From the NCBI GenBank assembly GCA_031835245.2, contig JAVKOQ020000069.1, positions 1-64,000 on the forward strand: 64,000 nucleotides of DNA. Reading direction: 5' to 3'. The notes under the pieces were generated by a model that saw nothing but the letters and a program-made list of their open reading frames with translations, made no database searches and was not told the DNA's origin. The DNA is from Balamuthia mandrillaris (lineage: Eukaryota). Positions within the stretch are counted from its first letter, which is position 1. Each line of letters begins with the position of its first letter. The translations under genes were made by a program, and so were the position numbers. This document shows, in pieces, positions 1-14,635 of this stretch.

Positions 1-1009
1 GCACTGCAGTCAGATCTAACACCTTATGAGTATTGAAAGAGCCTCTCGGTGTTGCTGACAACATAGCGTCATCTTTCGAACGGACAAAAACGTTGTCATG
101 GCTGGTGGTGGTATTGTTGGTGAAGTTGTTGCTTGGGCTGCTGCTGATTTTGTTGTTGCTGAGGTTCGAGTTTAGCGGGCTGTGAGCGGTATTAGGATTT
201 AAATCTTGCATTCTTCGTTGAAACTGAGGAGAATTAGTGAGCTGTTGCTTCATCACAAGGCCATGATGTTGTGCGGCGTTGTAGGAGAGAGGACGTTGCT
301 TGGTCTGAGCGACGATCATCGTAGGCCTCGTCGGTGCGGCTGAAGAGGAGGAGCTCAAGTTTTTCTGGACATTTCCAGTGGTTGCTAACATCGAGGAGCG
401 AGTATTGATTCTGTTGTCGTTCGCGCTGTTGATATTGTGTGTGCTGTTGTTGTTGTTTGTGTTGTTGCTGAGGTTGAAGCGAGGAGATGAAAGGCCTAGG
501 CGAGGAGATGCAGGAGCAGTGCGGGGAGATAAAGAAAATGATGGCGAATTGTTAGTATTGTCATTGTTGAGAATGTTGGTATTGCTGCTGTTGTTGCTAA
601 CAGATGAGGCCGAATCCGAGGGGCCAAGAGCAAGAGGAGGAGCAGAAGGAAGAAGGAGCGGGTCCACTTTGCTGTTACCGTTTCGATGCGCGATGACTTT
701 GGACGAGAGATGTTCTTCAGAGCGGCAGCGAGAAAGACCAGGTAAGGCTCTTCCGTGTTGCACGCGACTTGTGACCGGAGGACTAGGCACAAAGTCCTTT
801 ATATATGGGCTGCTCTTGTAAGACACCACTCGACCAACACCGGGATAAGCACCGGGCAACCGCGGGGTCAGCGTGTGTTGAGCCAATGCTTCATCTTGCT
901 CTGGTTGGAGAGAGGGTGGGCTGGGGAGTGACCTGGAGAGGTCCACCAAAGCGTGGCGTGGGGATGCAGGAGATCCAGTAGTGCCTGTTGGCTCAGCCTT
1001 CCACAACAT
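1..1009 (-). CDS. 5' part of an Asn/Ser/Pro-rich low-complexity protein (runs off the window edge)
   Basis: Manual translation from ATG at 1009 (MLWKAEPTGTTGSPASPRH...) stays open to position 1. It is missing from the ORF track because there is no stop in the window. No domain recognised. Confidence 0.65.
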   Translation of the reverse strand, partial: MLWKAEPTGTTGSPASPRHALVDLSRSLPSPPSLQPEQDEALAQHTLTPRLPGAYPGVGRVVSYKSSPYIKDFVPSPPVTSRVQHGRALPGLSRCRSEEHLSSKVIAHRNGNSKVDPLLLPSAPPLALGPSDSASSVSNNSSNTNILNNDNTNNSPSFSLSPRTAPASPRLGLSSPRFNLSNNTNNNNSTHNINSANDNRINTRSSMLATTGNVQKNLSSSSSAAPTRPTMIVAQTKQRPLSYNAAQHHGLVMKQQLTNSPQFQRRMQDLNPNTAHSPLNSNLSNNKISSSPSNNFTNNTTTSHDNVFVRSKDDAMLSATPRGSFNTHKVLDLTAV

Positions 1010-1492
1010 TTTTGCATCGCTCCCTATTGTTTTATAAAAAAAAAAGAGAAATAATAGAAGAAGAAGAAGAAGAAGAAGAAGAAGAAGAAGAACAAGAACA
1101 AGAAGAAGAACAAGAAGAAGAACAAGAACAAGAAAGAAGCAACGAGAAAGAAAGAGAGAAGCGCATGAGCAAATCCAATTCTACGGCGGACATATTACAC
1201 AAGTAAAGAACGTACTGTCGCCTGCGAACGACATCTTTGTTCAGCCCCCCAACCGTGTTGACCGCGATCCCCTTCCTCGCAAGCTCTGGCTTATCGGTTG
1301 ACCGTCTCTATCCGCACAAAGGGCCTAAAAAGGCAAACAGCGGCCCCCTATTTGCCCCTTCCTCCTCCAGAGCGGAATGGCCGCACAAGTGGCCGAAAAG
1401 GCGTTGCTGATGTCAGCGCCTGGAAGAGAGAGAACGAAGAGAAGCGAAGGAGAGAACAAGAAGAAAGCACGGATCAGAATGACACGAGAGAG

Positions 1493-1533
<41 letters not shown>

Positions 1534-1728
1534 AAAGCATAGTTAAACAGAAAAGCAGAGCAGCAGAGCAGGGACGTGAGAGTATGAGGAGAGAAGGAAC
1601 AGCAGCATGAGGGGGCGCCACCGTTAGGGAAAGTAGTAAAAAAAAGAATCTGTATTCCATTGTGGCTGTACAATATTATAATCAAGACCAAGGCGGTGTG
1701 CATTCGTTGGCAGCGCTCGAACAGCAGG

Positions 1729-2338
1729 TTACATCGTTGTACCATTGAGACGGCAGGCGAGGCGCATGTCTTTAACATAATAACCGTTGCAGCAACCATT
1801 AAAACCAGCAAAAGAGAACAAGAAAGAAGCAAAGAGGCAGAGAAGGAAGCAAAGAGTTTAAAAAACTAAAGGACGCACCTTTGGGAGATATAGTGACTCG
1901 CCCGGCATGAATGCAACAAAGAAGGGTGTCCTCCATGATGGACACCAGAAAGGCCTCCGATGCGTGTTGCAACGCCGCCAGGGCGTCCTTGTGCCAGCGC
2001 TTGTCCTGGCCTCGGGCCAGCTCCGAGGCCACCTGCCGGATGAGCCTTTGGAAAGGAGCCTTGGGGATGAGCATGCCGGTAGTGTCTTGCAACCTTCTTA
2101 TCTCCTGAAGCGCACGCTCTGTGGATAACCAGTGGCGGTTGTTCTCAGCGTCAATCAATCAACCAAATAAATCAGAACAAAGCATCATACCTCCACTGCG
2201 CTTTGGTTTTTTCTTTTTGCTGGGATCCTTCCACAGGGAGGAGGAGCGTCGTGATATTGAAGGAAAGAGCTGCTTCCCAGCCTGGCTGCGCGGCGCTTTG
2301 CCTCCGGTGCTTTTCCTGGCCACTTGTTTCTGCCTCAT
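1729..2338 (-). CDS. CenH3: Divergent histone H3, probable centromeric H3 (CenH3/CENP-A-like), 3 exons
   Basis: Spliced product MRQKQVARKSTGGKAPR...KKKKPKRSGERALQEIRRLQDTTGMLIPKAPFQRLIRQVASELARGQDKRWHKDALAALQHASEAFLVSIMEDTLLCCIHAGRVTISPKDMRLACRLNGTTM*. Two GT-AG introns restore the histone fold. Loop 1 is 2 aa longer than in H3 and contains RG; RW replaces RF; HAGRVT replaces HAKRVT. Confidence 0.75.
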
Positions 2339-2502
2339 CTGCTCCCTCAACCGTTTGAAGTGTCGTGCCAGAAATTCCCATGTCGACACGGTAAAGTCCG
2401 CACTAATGTTGCTGTCGACATTATTTTATTCCTGCCGACAACAGCCTGAGTCGACATAAAACACGTCATCACAGGAAATTTGAGACAGAAAAAGAAAGAC
2501 AG

Positions 2503-3550
2503 GCAACAGAAACACAACAAAAGAGAGGAAGAGCGCGACTGACTAACTTTGATTTGATTTTGATTTTCCTACTTTATCTTTCCCCTGTCTAATTTGATCA
2601 CTCCGACTTGCGTGGGCGGTGCCGAGAAGGTATGAACGTTGGCGTTAACCCTTCCCCTCCCTTTTATGGGGGCACTCGCCCATGTAAATCTTACGAGTGC
2701 CGTGGGAACACCCAACCACGTCAATCCGAAGGGTGCGCTCGACTTTTGTGGGTAAAGTTGAGTGTATGGGTAGCTCCAAGCACGCCCCCCCCCATCCCAT
2801 ACGAAAAATCACGAAAAACCCCCTCACACAAAACTGCAAATCTTGAATCTCTCGCATCTAATTCTTTGAATATAAATACTTATGCTAACACAAACACAAA
2901 TATAAGCCCAAACACACAAGCAAACAAACGCACAAAAACAAAAACCAACAAAACGAACCATCCTTATTTCCTCCTTGTTGGCACAACAAGTGAAAAACCT
3001 AGACTTTTGGAAAGGAGAACTCCCCTACTATCTAACGGTACACGGCACCAAAAACAAAGATATCAATAGCATCACCCACATTATCGACAGCACCAGGACC
3101 TATATTTTCCTCAAGCGAAATGAGAAACTCAAAAAACTGCATTTCCTCGACGACTCGTAACAAAACCGAGCGGCCTTCCCGAAAAAGAGGAAACCCCACA
3201 GGAGGTTAGACCTCCTAAAACCTGCCAGCCCGGTCAGGTGCCAGCGGACTGCCAGCGGAATCCGTGCCTGGATGACACATCTGCCTTTGCATCTCCAATG
3301 GAAGCCAACCTATCTACCACACCATCCCAACTTCAAAACTTGGAACAAGCGTTCTCTCACACCCACCACACCCTCCCAACTTCAAAACGTGTAACAGGCG
3401 ATCTCTAGCAACCTATGTGCCTCCCAACGCACTCTGCCCGATGGGCATTGACGCCAGTAAGCGGTGCCGTAGGTATTCTACCTACGAGGTTGAGCGGCCC
3501 AGCCCACTAGATAGCCAATAAACTATTTCCAAAAAAAAAAAAAAAAAAAA
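2503..3550 (+). mobile_element. Non-autonomous non-LTR retroposon (SINE-like or internally deleted LINE)
   Basis: Ends in AATAAA plus a 25-nt A run (3531-3555). Flanked by the 14-bp direct repeat AAAAAGAAAGACAG at 2489-2502 and 3551-3564. Stem-loops at both ends. No RT ORF. Confidence 0.75.
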
Positions 3551-3594
3551 AAAAAGAAAGACAGAAAGAAAAACAAGAACGAAGCAAAGAGATC

Positions 3595-4470
3595 ATGAAG
3601 GGGAAGCGACAGCCACAACGACCCGCGCCAAGCGAGCTCTCCCTGTTCGCTGGGGTTTGCAAAAAGAGTCCTGAAGCGCAGGAAGACCTTTTGGAGTGTT
3701 TGATCAAGCTCTTGCCACGGACGGGCCTCTTGAGAGAAGAGCACAGCACCGCTGAGGCAGATGAGTGGCTGCAAAAAGTGCTTGAAGAAGAGGCTCAACT
3801 CGAAGAAGAAGAAGAAGCGAAAAAACAAGAAGGAAGCGACGGTGTCACTGCTGGTACTTCCTTCAACGACCATGACGAAACGGACTCCCTTTCTTCACTG
3901 CCTCAACACTATTTGGCTTCCACTTCCATTTCATCCCTTCAAATGGTGACAACAACAGCAATGACTACAGATGAACACGAGCAGCCGAGTGAGGGAGTGG
4001 TAGAATTGAGAAGACGAAGAAAAGACATCGTGAGTTTGACCACAGAAACAACAACTGCATTGAAAAATAGCAGCAGAAAAGAAGATGAACAGCAGAATAA
4101 CAGTTGGCATGTTGATGAAGAGCAGGAGGATGAGACAATAGAAACAATCACGAGGAAGAGAGAAAAAACAACCACAAAAACAGCCTCAAAAGTAATCACA
4201 AATCAAGTGGATGAACCCATCTACATTGGTTTGCTATCACCAGGACGAAATACAAACACTGTAAGCAGCAAAAGAAACGACAACAAAGAAGAAAAAGAAG
4301 ACAAGAGCGAAAAGAAGGAGAATGCCGTCAATGTGGATATGAAGAAAGAAGTGGACAGCATGAACGCCTTTTTGAAAGAGCTGGAAGAGAAAGACAAACA
4401 CCCTGGCCAGAACCTTCCCACCAAAAAGCAACCTGGCAACCACGCCGACCTGAAAGCAAAAGGAGATTGA
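3595..4470 (+). CDS. Hypothetical acidic/charged, largely disordered protein (291 aa, single exon)
   Basis: Long ORF with ATG preceded by the A-rich leader typical of genes here. No motif recognised. Confidence 0.6.
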   Translation: MKGKRQPQRPAPSELSLFAGVCKKSPEAQEDLLECLIKLLPRTGLLREEHSTAEADEWLQKVLEEEAQLEEEEEAKKQEGSDGVTAGTSFNDHDETDSLSSLPQHYLASTSISSLQMVTTTAMTTDEHEQPSEGVVELRRRRKDIVSLTTETTTALKNSSRKEDEQQNNSWHVDEEQEDETIETITRKREKTTTKTASKVITNQVDEPIYIGLLSPGRNTNTVSSKRNDNKEEKEDKSEKKENAVNVDMKKEVDSMNAFLKELEEKDKHPGQNLPTKKQPGNHADLKAKGD

Positions 4471-4715
4471 AACTCATTTCAGAGTTTAGCGGGTAAATAA
4501 AACCGAATTAATTTTTCCCTTAAATGGGTATCGTGACGTCACGTTATTGAATTAATTAGGAAACATTCATTAATTTTATAAATGGAACGAATAAAATTGC
4601 ATCTTTTCTTAAACTATCATCTGACAAAAAAAAAAAAAAAACAACGATAACAGAGAGAGAGAAAAAAAAAGAAATGGTTGACACGAAGCTTTTTCCTCTT
4701 CTGCTGTTTGTTAGG

Positions 4716-7646
<2,931 letters not shown>

Positions 7647-7650
7647 AAAG

Positions 7651-9002
7651 TTAGTACTTGTTCATTGCGTCCACACAAAGCTCATAGACATAAAAAACAA
7701 CGGCATTCACCACAAAGGCTCTGGCCAGAGCCGGAGTGAAGCCCTTGAAGAAGACTTGAAGACCCTCATTGCGATAGCTCTGCACGGTGCAGTCCCAAAA
7801 GCCGTTGTACTTTCTTGGGCCGGTGACCATGGTCCCTTGCATGTCCACTTTGCCCCATTCTTGGATCTGCAAACGGGTCTTTACGACGTCCATCGGGAAG
7901 GAACATGTCCAACACGCCATTCCGCCTTGTTTTTTTTTTTTTTTTTTTGAACGAGATGAGAAAGTCGAATGGTAAAACAGAAAGGAGATATGTGCAGGAA
8001 ATTAAAGGAAAAAGATGCGACAAGAAGAAAGGAAGAAAAAGAATGGAAGAAAGATGACTATGAAAGAAAATAATAGGTACCAACGCCACCAGCAAATAGC
8101 TGACCAAGATGAGACAATTGTGAGATAGACGCTCCATCGGAGGTCAAATACCTTCGCGTGGCCTCATAGGACCAAAAGTAAAAGGCGTAGCTGGGTATGT
8201 CTCGCAGCCATGTGGCATTCATCCCTCGAAACAACCCACGAACGCCATCATAACGGATTGTTTTGCGAATGCAATCCAAAGGACCTGTATAGGGTGGTGG
8301 TCCTCGCCTTGTGGCTGCCTCTCCTTGCACTTGGAGTCGTGTCTTTATGCTGCATTATTTTGAAATAAGTAAGAAGCAGAAGAAAACAAAAAGCCAAAAG
8401 CAAAATAATAAAACATACAGCTCAACAGGACAAACAGGAATGGCAGCACAAGCGCCAACGCCCATTCCCGCCGCAAAGATCTGTCCCAAAGACAAGACCT
8501 CGTCCTTGTGCTTCTGCTGCACCCGCTGCATGATGCCGTACGTCCAGAATACGACCGCGTTGATGAATGCTTCGCCCGCCACTGGTGTTGCCATGCCTTT
8601 GCGTATTTTGCATTTTGTTAGAGAAAAAGGAAGAAGGAAGAAGGAAGGAACAAAAGGAGAGAAAGAGTGAACAAAGAAAGAAACGAGAAAAGAACAAAGA
8701 AGAAGACTGGCAGCAAAAAAGTAACGGAGGGAGCTACCTTTGTACAAGGCTCGAATTCCTTCTTGTTGAACCGTGTCCAGCGTAACACGAAGGGCATTGC
8801 GTTGGCTGCCACGAGCGTCCGTTTGCAGCCTCACCTTGACAGTGTCAAAAGGGTGGCCAACGACCACCCCAGCAATGCCGGAGATGGTGCCGGCGGTGAA
8901 ATCTTTGCCTCCTTCGCCAAGAATGGTGGTCAAGTAAGACGCACGCGGAGCAGCAGCAGCGAGCTCAGCATTCACTGCATCATCATCGAAATCCCACTCC
9001 AT
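7651..9002 (-). CDS. Mitochondrial carrier (SLC25; carnitine/acylcarnitine or basic amino acid carrier-like)
   Basis: Three PX[DE]XX[KR] repeats (HPFDTVKVRLQ, CPVELIKTRLQ, FPMDVVKTRLQ) plus RDIPSY..YF and RAFVVNA motifs. Spliced. Confidence 0.9.
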
Positions 9003-9597
9003 CGTTAGCTCACAGCCAGCGCCAACAAAAAAAAAAAACGTAACGTACTCGTACTACGGCTCTAGTGCATGCGCAGCGCACAGTACAGCAAAGGGGGAGA
9101 GCAGAGGGAAAGGGGCCGCCGTTTGAGAAAGAGAAGAGAAGAGGAAGGGAAGCGCACGCAAAAGAGCAGACCAAAAAAAAAAAAAGGGAAGAGCACTAGG
9201 CGGGCGTAACGTAACTGTCAGCGTTTTTTTTGATTGTTCGTAACAATTGGCCTTTTTTCTGCGGTGAGGCGCCACCTTAATTCACGTTTACGTGGAATTC
9301 GCTTTTTTCAGAAGGATGATCACACATTCATATGGAATGTAATGACGTCATGAGAGGATGATCTTCCATCGTCGACAGTATCTCCGAACTCCTCGAAATC
9401 TCTTGCAGAATTCTCCTGGATCGATCCCATGAGACAAGGGGCTGTTTTTGCCAATGGGTGTTTTTTTTTTTTTTGGCTGTCGTTTCGGTCCTTCTTTTTT
9501 TTGTTAAAGCAGAGAGGGCAAAACTACGCTCCGTTGAGCTTCGGCATCACCGCTCCGTCCAGCCGGAAGGCAACAAACGCTTCACGCAACGTTGACC

Positions 9598-9807
9598 ATG
9601 TCTTCCAACCACCGCTCCAGCGGCACCAACAGCCAGGGCAATCACTACTGCTCCAGGGGCGAGTCCACCGCTCAGGGCGGGGCCTACCACTACAGCAACC
9701 GGGACGGCTCCTACTACTACCAAAACAGCAACGGCTCCACCTACTACAACTCTGGCACCGGCTACGCTTCCTACACGCCTCCATCGCAAAACCCCAGGAA
9801 CAACTAG
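9598..9807 (+). CDS. Small Gly/Ser/Asn/Tyr-rich protein (69 aa) of the SSGTNSQGNHYCSR family
   Basis: MSSNHRSSGTNSQGNHYCSR...YHYSNRDGSYYYQNSNGSTYYNSG. Strong bias to C-ending codons. Resembles a conserved uncharacterised fungal small-protein family as I recall it. Confidence 0.8.
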   Translation: MSSNHRSSGTNSQGNHYCSRGESTAQGGAYHYSNRDGSYYYQNSNGSTYYNSGTGYASYTPPSQNPRNN

Positions 9808-10549
9808 CGGGTGGTTCGGGGTTGTTGTTCTCTGCGACTGTTCAGCTGTTACGTCTATGCTATTTTGTGAAAGAGAATCATTAAATAAGAGTTTAAAAGG
9901 GCTCCTTAAGTAGAGCTCTATCTCAACCCTATTCATCCTTCTCTGTCTCTCGCTCTCTCTCTTTCGAGCAGCAGTTGTGTGTTTGCTCTCATGACTGCTG
10001 TGGTGATCTTCATACTTGGCTTTGAGGGTGGCAGCGGCATATTCTTTGACAGAGAGGGTGTTGTTTGTCGAATACTATCCTTCTAGGGGAACTGCTATCT
10101 CTTGCGCCTCCAAGCGAGATGAGAAAAGATGAAACAGAAAAAAGAAAATGAAGGCAGGTAGGAAGGCAGATGGAGAAGAAGCACAAGAAGCAGAAGAAGT
10201 AGAAGAAGAAGAAGAAGAAGAAGAAGAAGAAGAACAAGAAGAAAAAGAACAAGCGTTACACTGCCTGAAGAAGGAAGATCTATTGCCAGATTCACAAGAT
10301 CCCGACGCAGAGAGACTAAAAGATACTAAGCAGAAGAGGGAGACAGTGCTGAAGAAGAACGGAAGAAGACCAAAGGAGACCTCGGACCCGAAAATCGGAA
10401 TTAATATTAATATTGGTCACTATTTTAGGGTTTTATTATATAAGTCGTATTCATACGCGCTCAACAAAGGGTTTTCTGGGTTACACATTTCGGCTAAAAC
10501 AAATACAATAGAAAAGAAGAAACACCACCACACGAAGAAAAAACCGCCA

Positions 10550-11058
10550 ATGTCCTCCCTGTTCGTTAGTTTGCTGATCTGCTTGCTGGGCGTCACAGGG
10601 GTGGTCCCCTGGACCTTTCTGGGAACGGAGCCCACCGACCCAACTCCGGGCACCACGGCCACCGCCTTTTTCCATCTCGACCGCCCCACAGAATTTAGCC
10701 TTGAGCATGTGACTGGCAATATGAGGTTCTTTTACCGGCAACACACCTTTGCGAGCAATTGTAAGTAACTCTTTTGGCTAGCCATGGCTTTTTTTTAAAT
10801 ATAATATGGTATATTAACTTCAAAAAAAAAACGCAGATACCGTTCTGCAAGAGGACCAAAAACAATATTGGAGCTGCGACGACCATAATTGCAGCTCCAC
10901 AGACCCATATGGCGTTTGTTATCAGCCCGGCGGAGCAGGATCGCAGTATGTGTGTAGAACCCCACGGTTCTCTGTTGACTTGGCCATTCCTCCCGACGCT
11001 ATATTGCACACCTACAACCATGCTGGTTTATGGATCCAAATGAGTACTCTTTGCTCTC

Positions 11059-11098
<40 letters not shown>

Positions 11099-14000
11099 TG
11101 CTCTCTCTGATGTCTTTGTGATGCTGCTCGTCTCATTCTTTCTTCTTTTCTAACTATTGGGTTCTGTTATTCTCCTTATGCAGGCACCCACTGGGAATCC
11201 GAGCTTGAAGACAGAAGGCACACAGCACCAGCGGTGTTCACAACAGGAGAGGCGGTCGTATCTCTGAACTCCTCTGTCCAGCTTCAACCATCCTCTTTTG
11301 TACCGGGACAAACCTCCGACATGTTGGAGGTTTTGTTGAGCAACTCCGGGCCATCAGCAGCCAGAAACTCAACATGCGATGTTGTCCTTTCTCATGGAGT
11401 GGCTTTGGTGGGGACTCCCTCTTGTCAACCCACTCAAAACTCGAATAGATGGCAATGCACCAGAACAGGCGACATTTTACCACTCGCTCAAGGTATCTTT
11501 TCAGAATAGAGATTGAAGAAAGTAACAAAGGGAGCAAGGAGAAAGAGAAGAGAGAGATGAAAAGAAGAGCGACGTCGGATAAGATGTTAACCTCTTATCA
11601 GCTTCCATCTCTCAGTTCGGAATACTTCCCTCACCCGACTTTCGTGGGCCAGTCACGATAGAGGTTACCGACTGTGCTGCCTTTGGAAACGTGAACTCGA
11701 TGGTGCCATCCTTTCTCAGCATTCCTACTGCTCCAGCGTGGAGCGTCTCACAGTCCTTTGATGGTTCTTTTGATGCTCTTTCTTTTCAGGATGTCGTTCT
11801 TATGTATTTACTTTCTTTTTTCCTGTTCCTTTCCAGACCAAACGGAAACCAGCCTTCAAACCGATTCAGCAGCTCGCATCAGCTTCCTAGTTCACAACGA
11901 TGGTCCATCTTCCTCCTTGGGTTCGCTTTGCACGTGGAACTTTTCCGTTGCTGCTCTTTCCTTCGAGAGACCAGAGGCGTCACAAGTCACCGACTGCGAG
12001 GCTAGTTATGAACCCAACCTCGTGGTCTCGTGCAAGGTGGATGCTGCTCCAGGCGACACCTCGGCTGCTGTCTCCGTCTCGCCATTACCGGCACTTGCTG
12101 GCACACCATCCTTTGATGTTTCTTTCTCTTGTGTGGATGAAGCTGGCGATCCAGTTGCAGGAGGAGCACCCATATTCAGCGTGATGTTCATCGAAGAGTT
12201 GGAAGATGTCGATGTCTCTGTTCGTTTGGTGAATTGGCAGGCCGACGAAGATGAGGAACCCAGCGAATCATGGAGCTATGAAGAATCGGGAGAAGGGAGC
12301 GATGAAGAAGAAGTGCCCCTTCCAAGCAAACGCGAGCTGGTAATATTATCCTTTCCTATGATCCCCTTTCCTTTAAACTGACGGTTGAAACAAACACACG
12401 GATATTCTACATGAAGGACGACTTGGGCACTACTACAAGCGGAGCCATCATCTTCGATGAAGCTATCGCTTTGCTCCTGGAAGCCAACATCCAAGGCGCG
12501 CTTTACAGCAGGAACGTAAGTTGCCACATGAAGTTATACGGAGGCGATATGCCACTGGTTCACTCCAAAGGCATTCATTCCAACTCTTGCATTGATCATG
12601 GGCTTCAGTACGTGTCCAACGTCCCTTCCTTTTGGTTGGTGGAATGTGGATTCGTGGAGCTGGTCGCGGAGGAAGCATCCAAAGGACTGATTGTTTTCGG
12701 TGTGGATCCTCGCGTGAGGTCGTTGAATGTGTCTGTGGAGTGCGACAGCACTTTTCCAAACACCATCGACAATCCTGTCTTTCGTCAGTCGTTTCAATTC
12801 ATTCATGGTATGTTTTCTCGAGCGCTTATCAAACTAGTTTTAACAACCTCTATACCAAACAGTGGATGCTGTGCCGGAAGATGGATATGAAAGCAGTGAT
12901 GGAAATGAAACCGACGGTGAAAGTGAATCTGACAATAAAAACGAGTCAGGAGAGGACGAGTCGTTCATGGACAAGTGGTTGTGGATCGTCGTCGGAGGAG
13001 GAGGGGGATTGTTGTTGCTCCTCGTAATCGTTCCGACCCTGATTTGTCTTGTTTATCGCAGACGAAGAGCATCGCTCAAGCGAAAGAGGAACAACCTGAT
13101 AGACTTAGAGGCCGCCGATGAAATGGAAGTGTACGCCACTCCAAAGCCATTCTCTCACTCGGAGGCATCCAACCAAGAGTCTTTGGACATCGGAGGCATT
13201 CAGTGGGAGATCCCCTTTGCAGAATTGGAGTTTGAAGAAGAGATTGGAAAAGGGTTTGTTTTCTCCTCGTATATTTTCGCATTTCTCTCTTTATTCTCTG
13301 CTTCTCTGTGTAACTTTCGGAATGAACGAAACAACACAGAGGATTCGGTGTGGTATGGCGGGGCAAATGGAGAGAAACACCGGTGGCCATCAAAATGGTT
13401 TGTTTCCTCTTTCCATTTTCAATCTTCGATGGTTACACTCTGAATACAAGCGTTTTTTTAAAAACAGTTCAATTCTATTATGGACTCCTTAGCTCTCAAA
13501 GAGAACTTCCAAGCTGAAATGAACATCATGAAGTTTGTATCCCTCTTTTCTTCTCCTTCTTGTTCTTCTTCTTGTTATTTTTGTTTTTTCTTATTCTTCA
13601 TTTTCTTGGTCATCTTGTTCTCGTTATCCTTTTTCATCTCTCTTTACCTTCGTTAACTCCATCTTTGAAGAAATCTTCGACCACATACAAATGTAGTACA
13701 ATTGTTCGGGGTATGCATGGAAGAAGACCATCCATGGTGTTTAGTGACGGAGTATTTGGCCCAAGGAGATCTCAAGCATTACCTTCGCAACAACCACCTG
13801 CAAGAAGACTATGATGCCATCATTGAAATGGCGATTCAAGTGGCAAGAGGAATGCATCATTTGCACTCCGAAGGTCTCATCCATCGCGACCTTGCTGCCC
13901 GCAACATTCTTCTAACTTCAGAGCGGTCCATCAAAGTTGGAGGTTTGGTTTCTTCTCGTTCTTCTTGTTGTTGTTGTTCTTCTTTTTCTTTTTCTTTTAC

Positions 14001-14328
14001 TGCTTCTTCTTGTTCTTCTTCTTCTTCTTCTTCTTGTTCTTCTTCTTGTTCTTCTTGTTCTTGTTCTTCTTCTTGTTCTTCTTCTTCTTGCTTTTCCATC
14101 TCTTCTGTTTTTCGTCTTATAACCTATACCATTCTGAAGACTTTGGTCTGTCAAGAATGCTGGATGGATATGTTTCCGAGGCTAAAGTCCCTGTGAGATG
14201 GACAGCCCCGGAGGCCTTGGACGGAAAAGGCGAGCCTACTGAAAAATCTGACGTTTGGAGTATGTTTCCTCTTTTCTTTTTGTACTCTTTTCGTGTCTTG
14301 TACTCTTTTTCTCTTTTTTGTTTCTGTA

Positions 14329-14360
<32 letters not shown>

Positions 14361-14582
14361 GTCTCAAACACAACCTATTATAAAGGTTATGGTGTATTGC
14401 TATGGGAGATGGTGAACTCGGGAGAAACGCCCTATGCTGGCAAGACCAACGTGCAGGTTGTTATGTCAGTGTTAAATGGAGAAGTGCTTAGCCTGCCTTC
14501 CTCCGCTCCTCAGATTTTGCATTCCATTTTGCGCCAATGTTTCCAATTGAATCCGAAGAAGAGGTACTGTTTCTCCTCCCTT

Positions 14583-14635
<53 letters not shown>

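Noticed and set aside
10148..10549. Acidic N-terminal extension on the receptor kinase ORF
   Set aside because: Derived from a (GAA)n tract and AT-rich promoter sequence. The ATG at 10550 gives a proper signal peptide.
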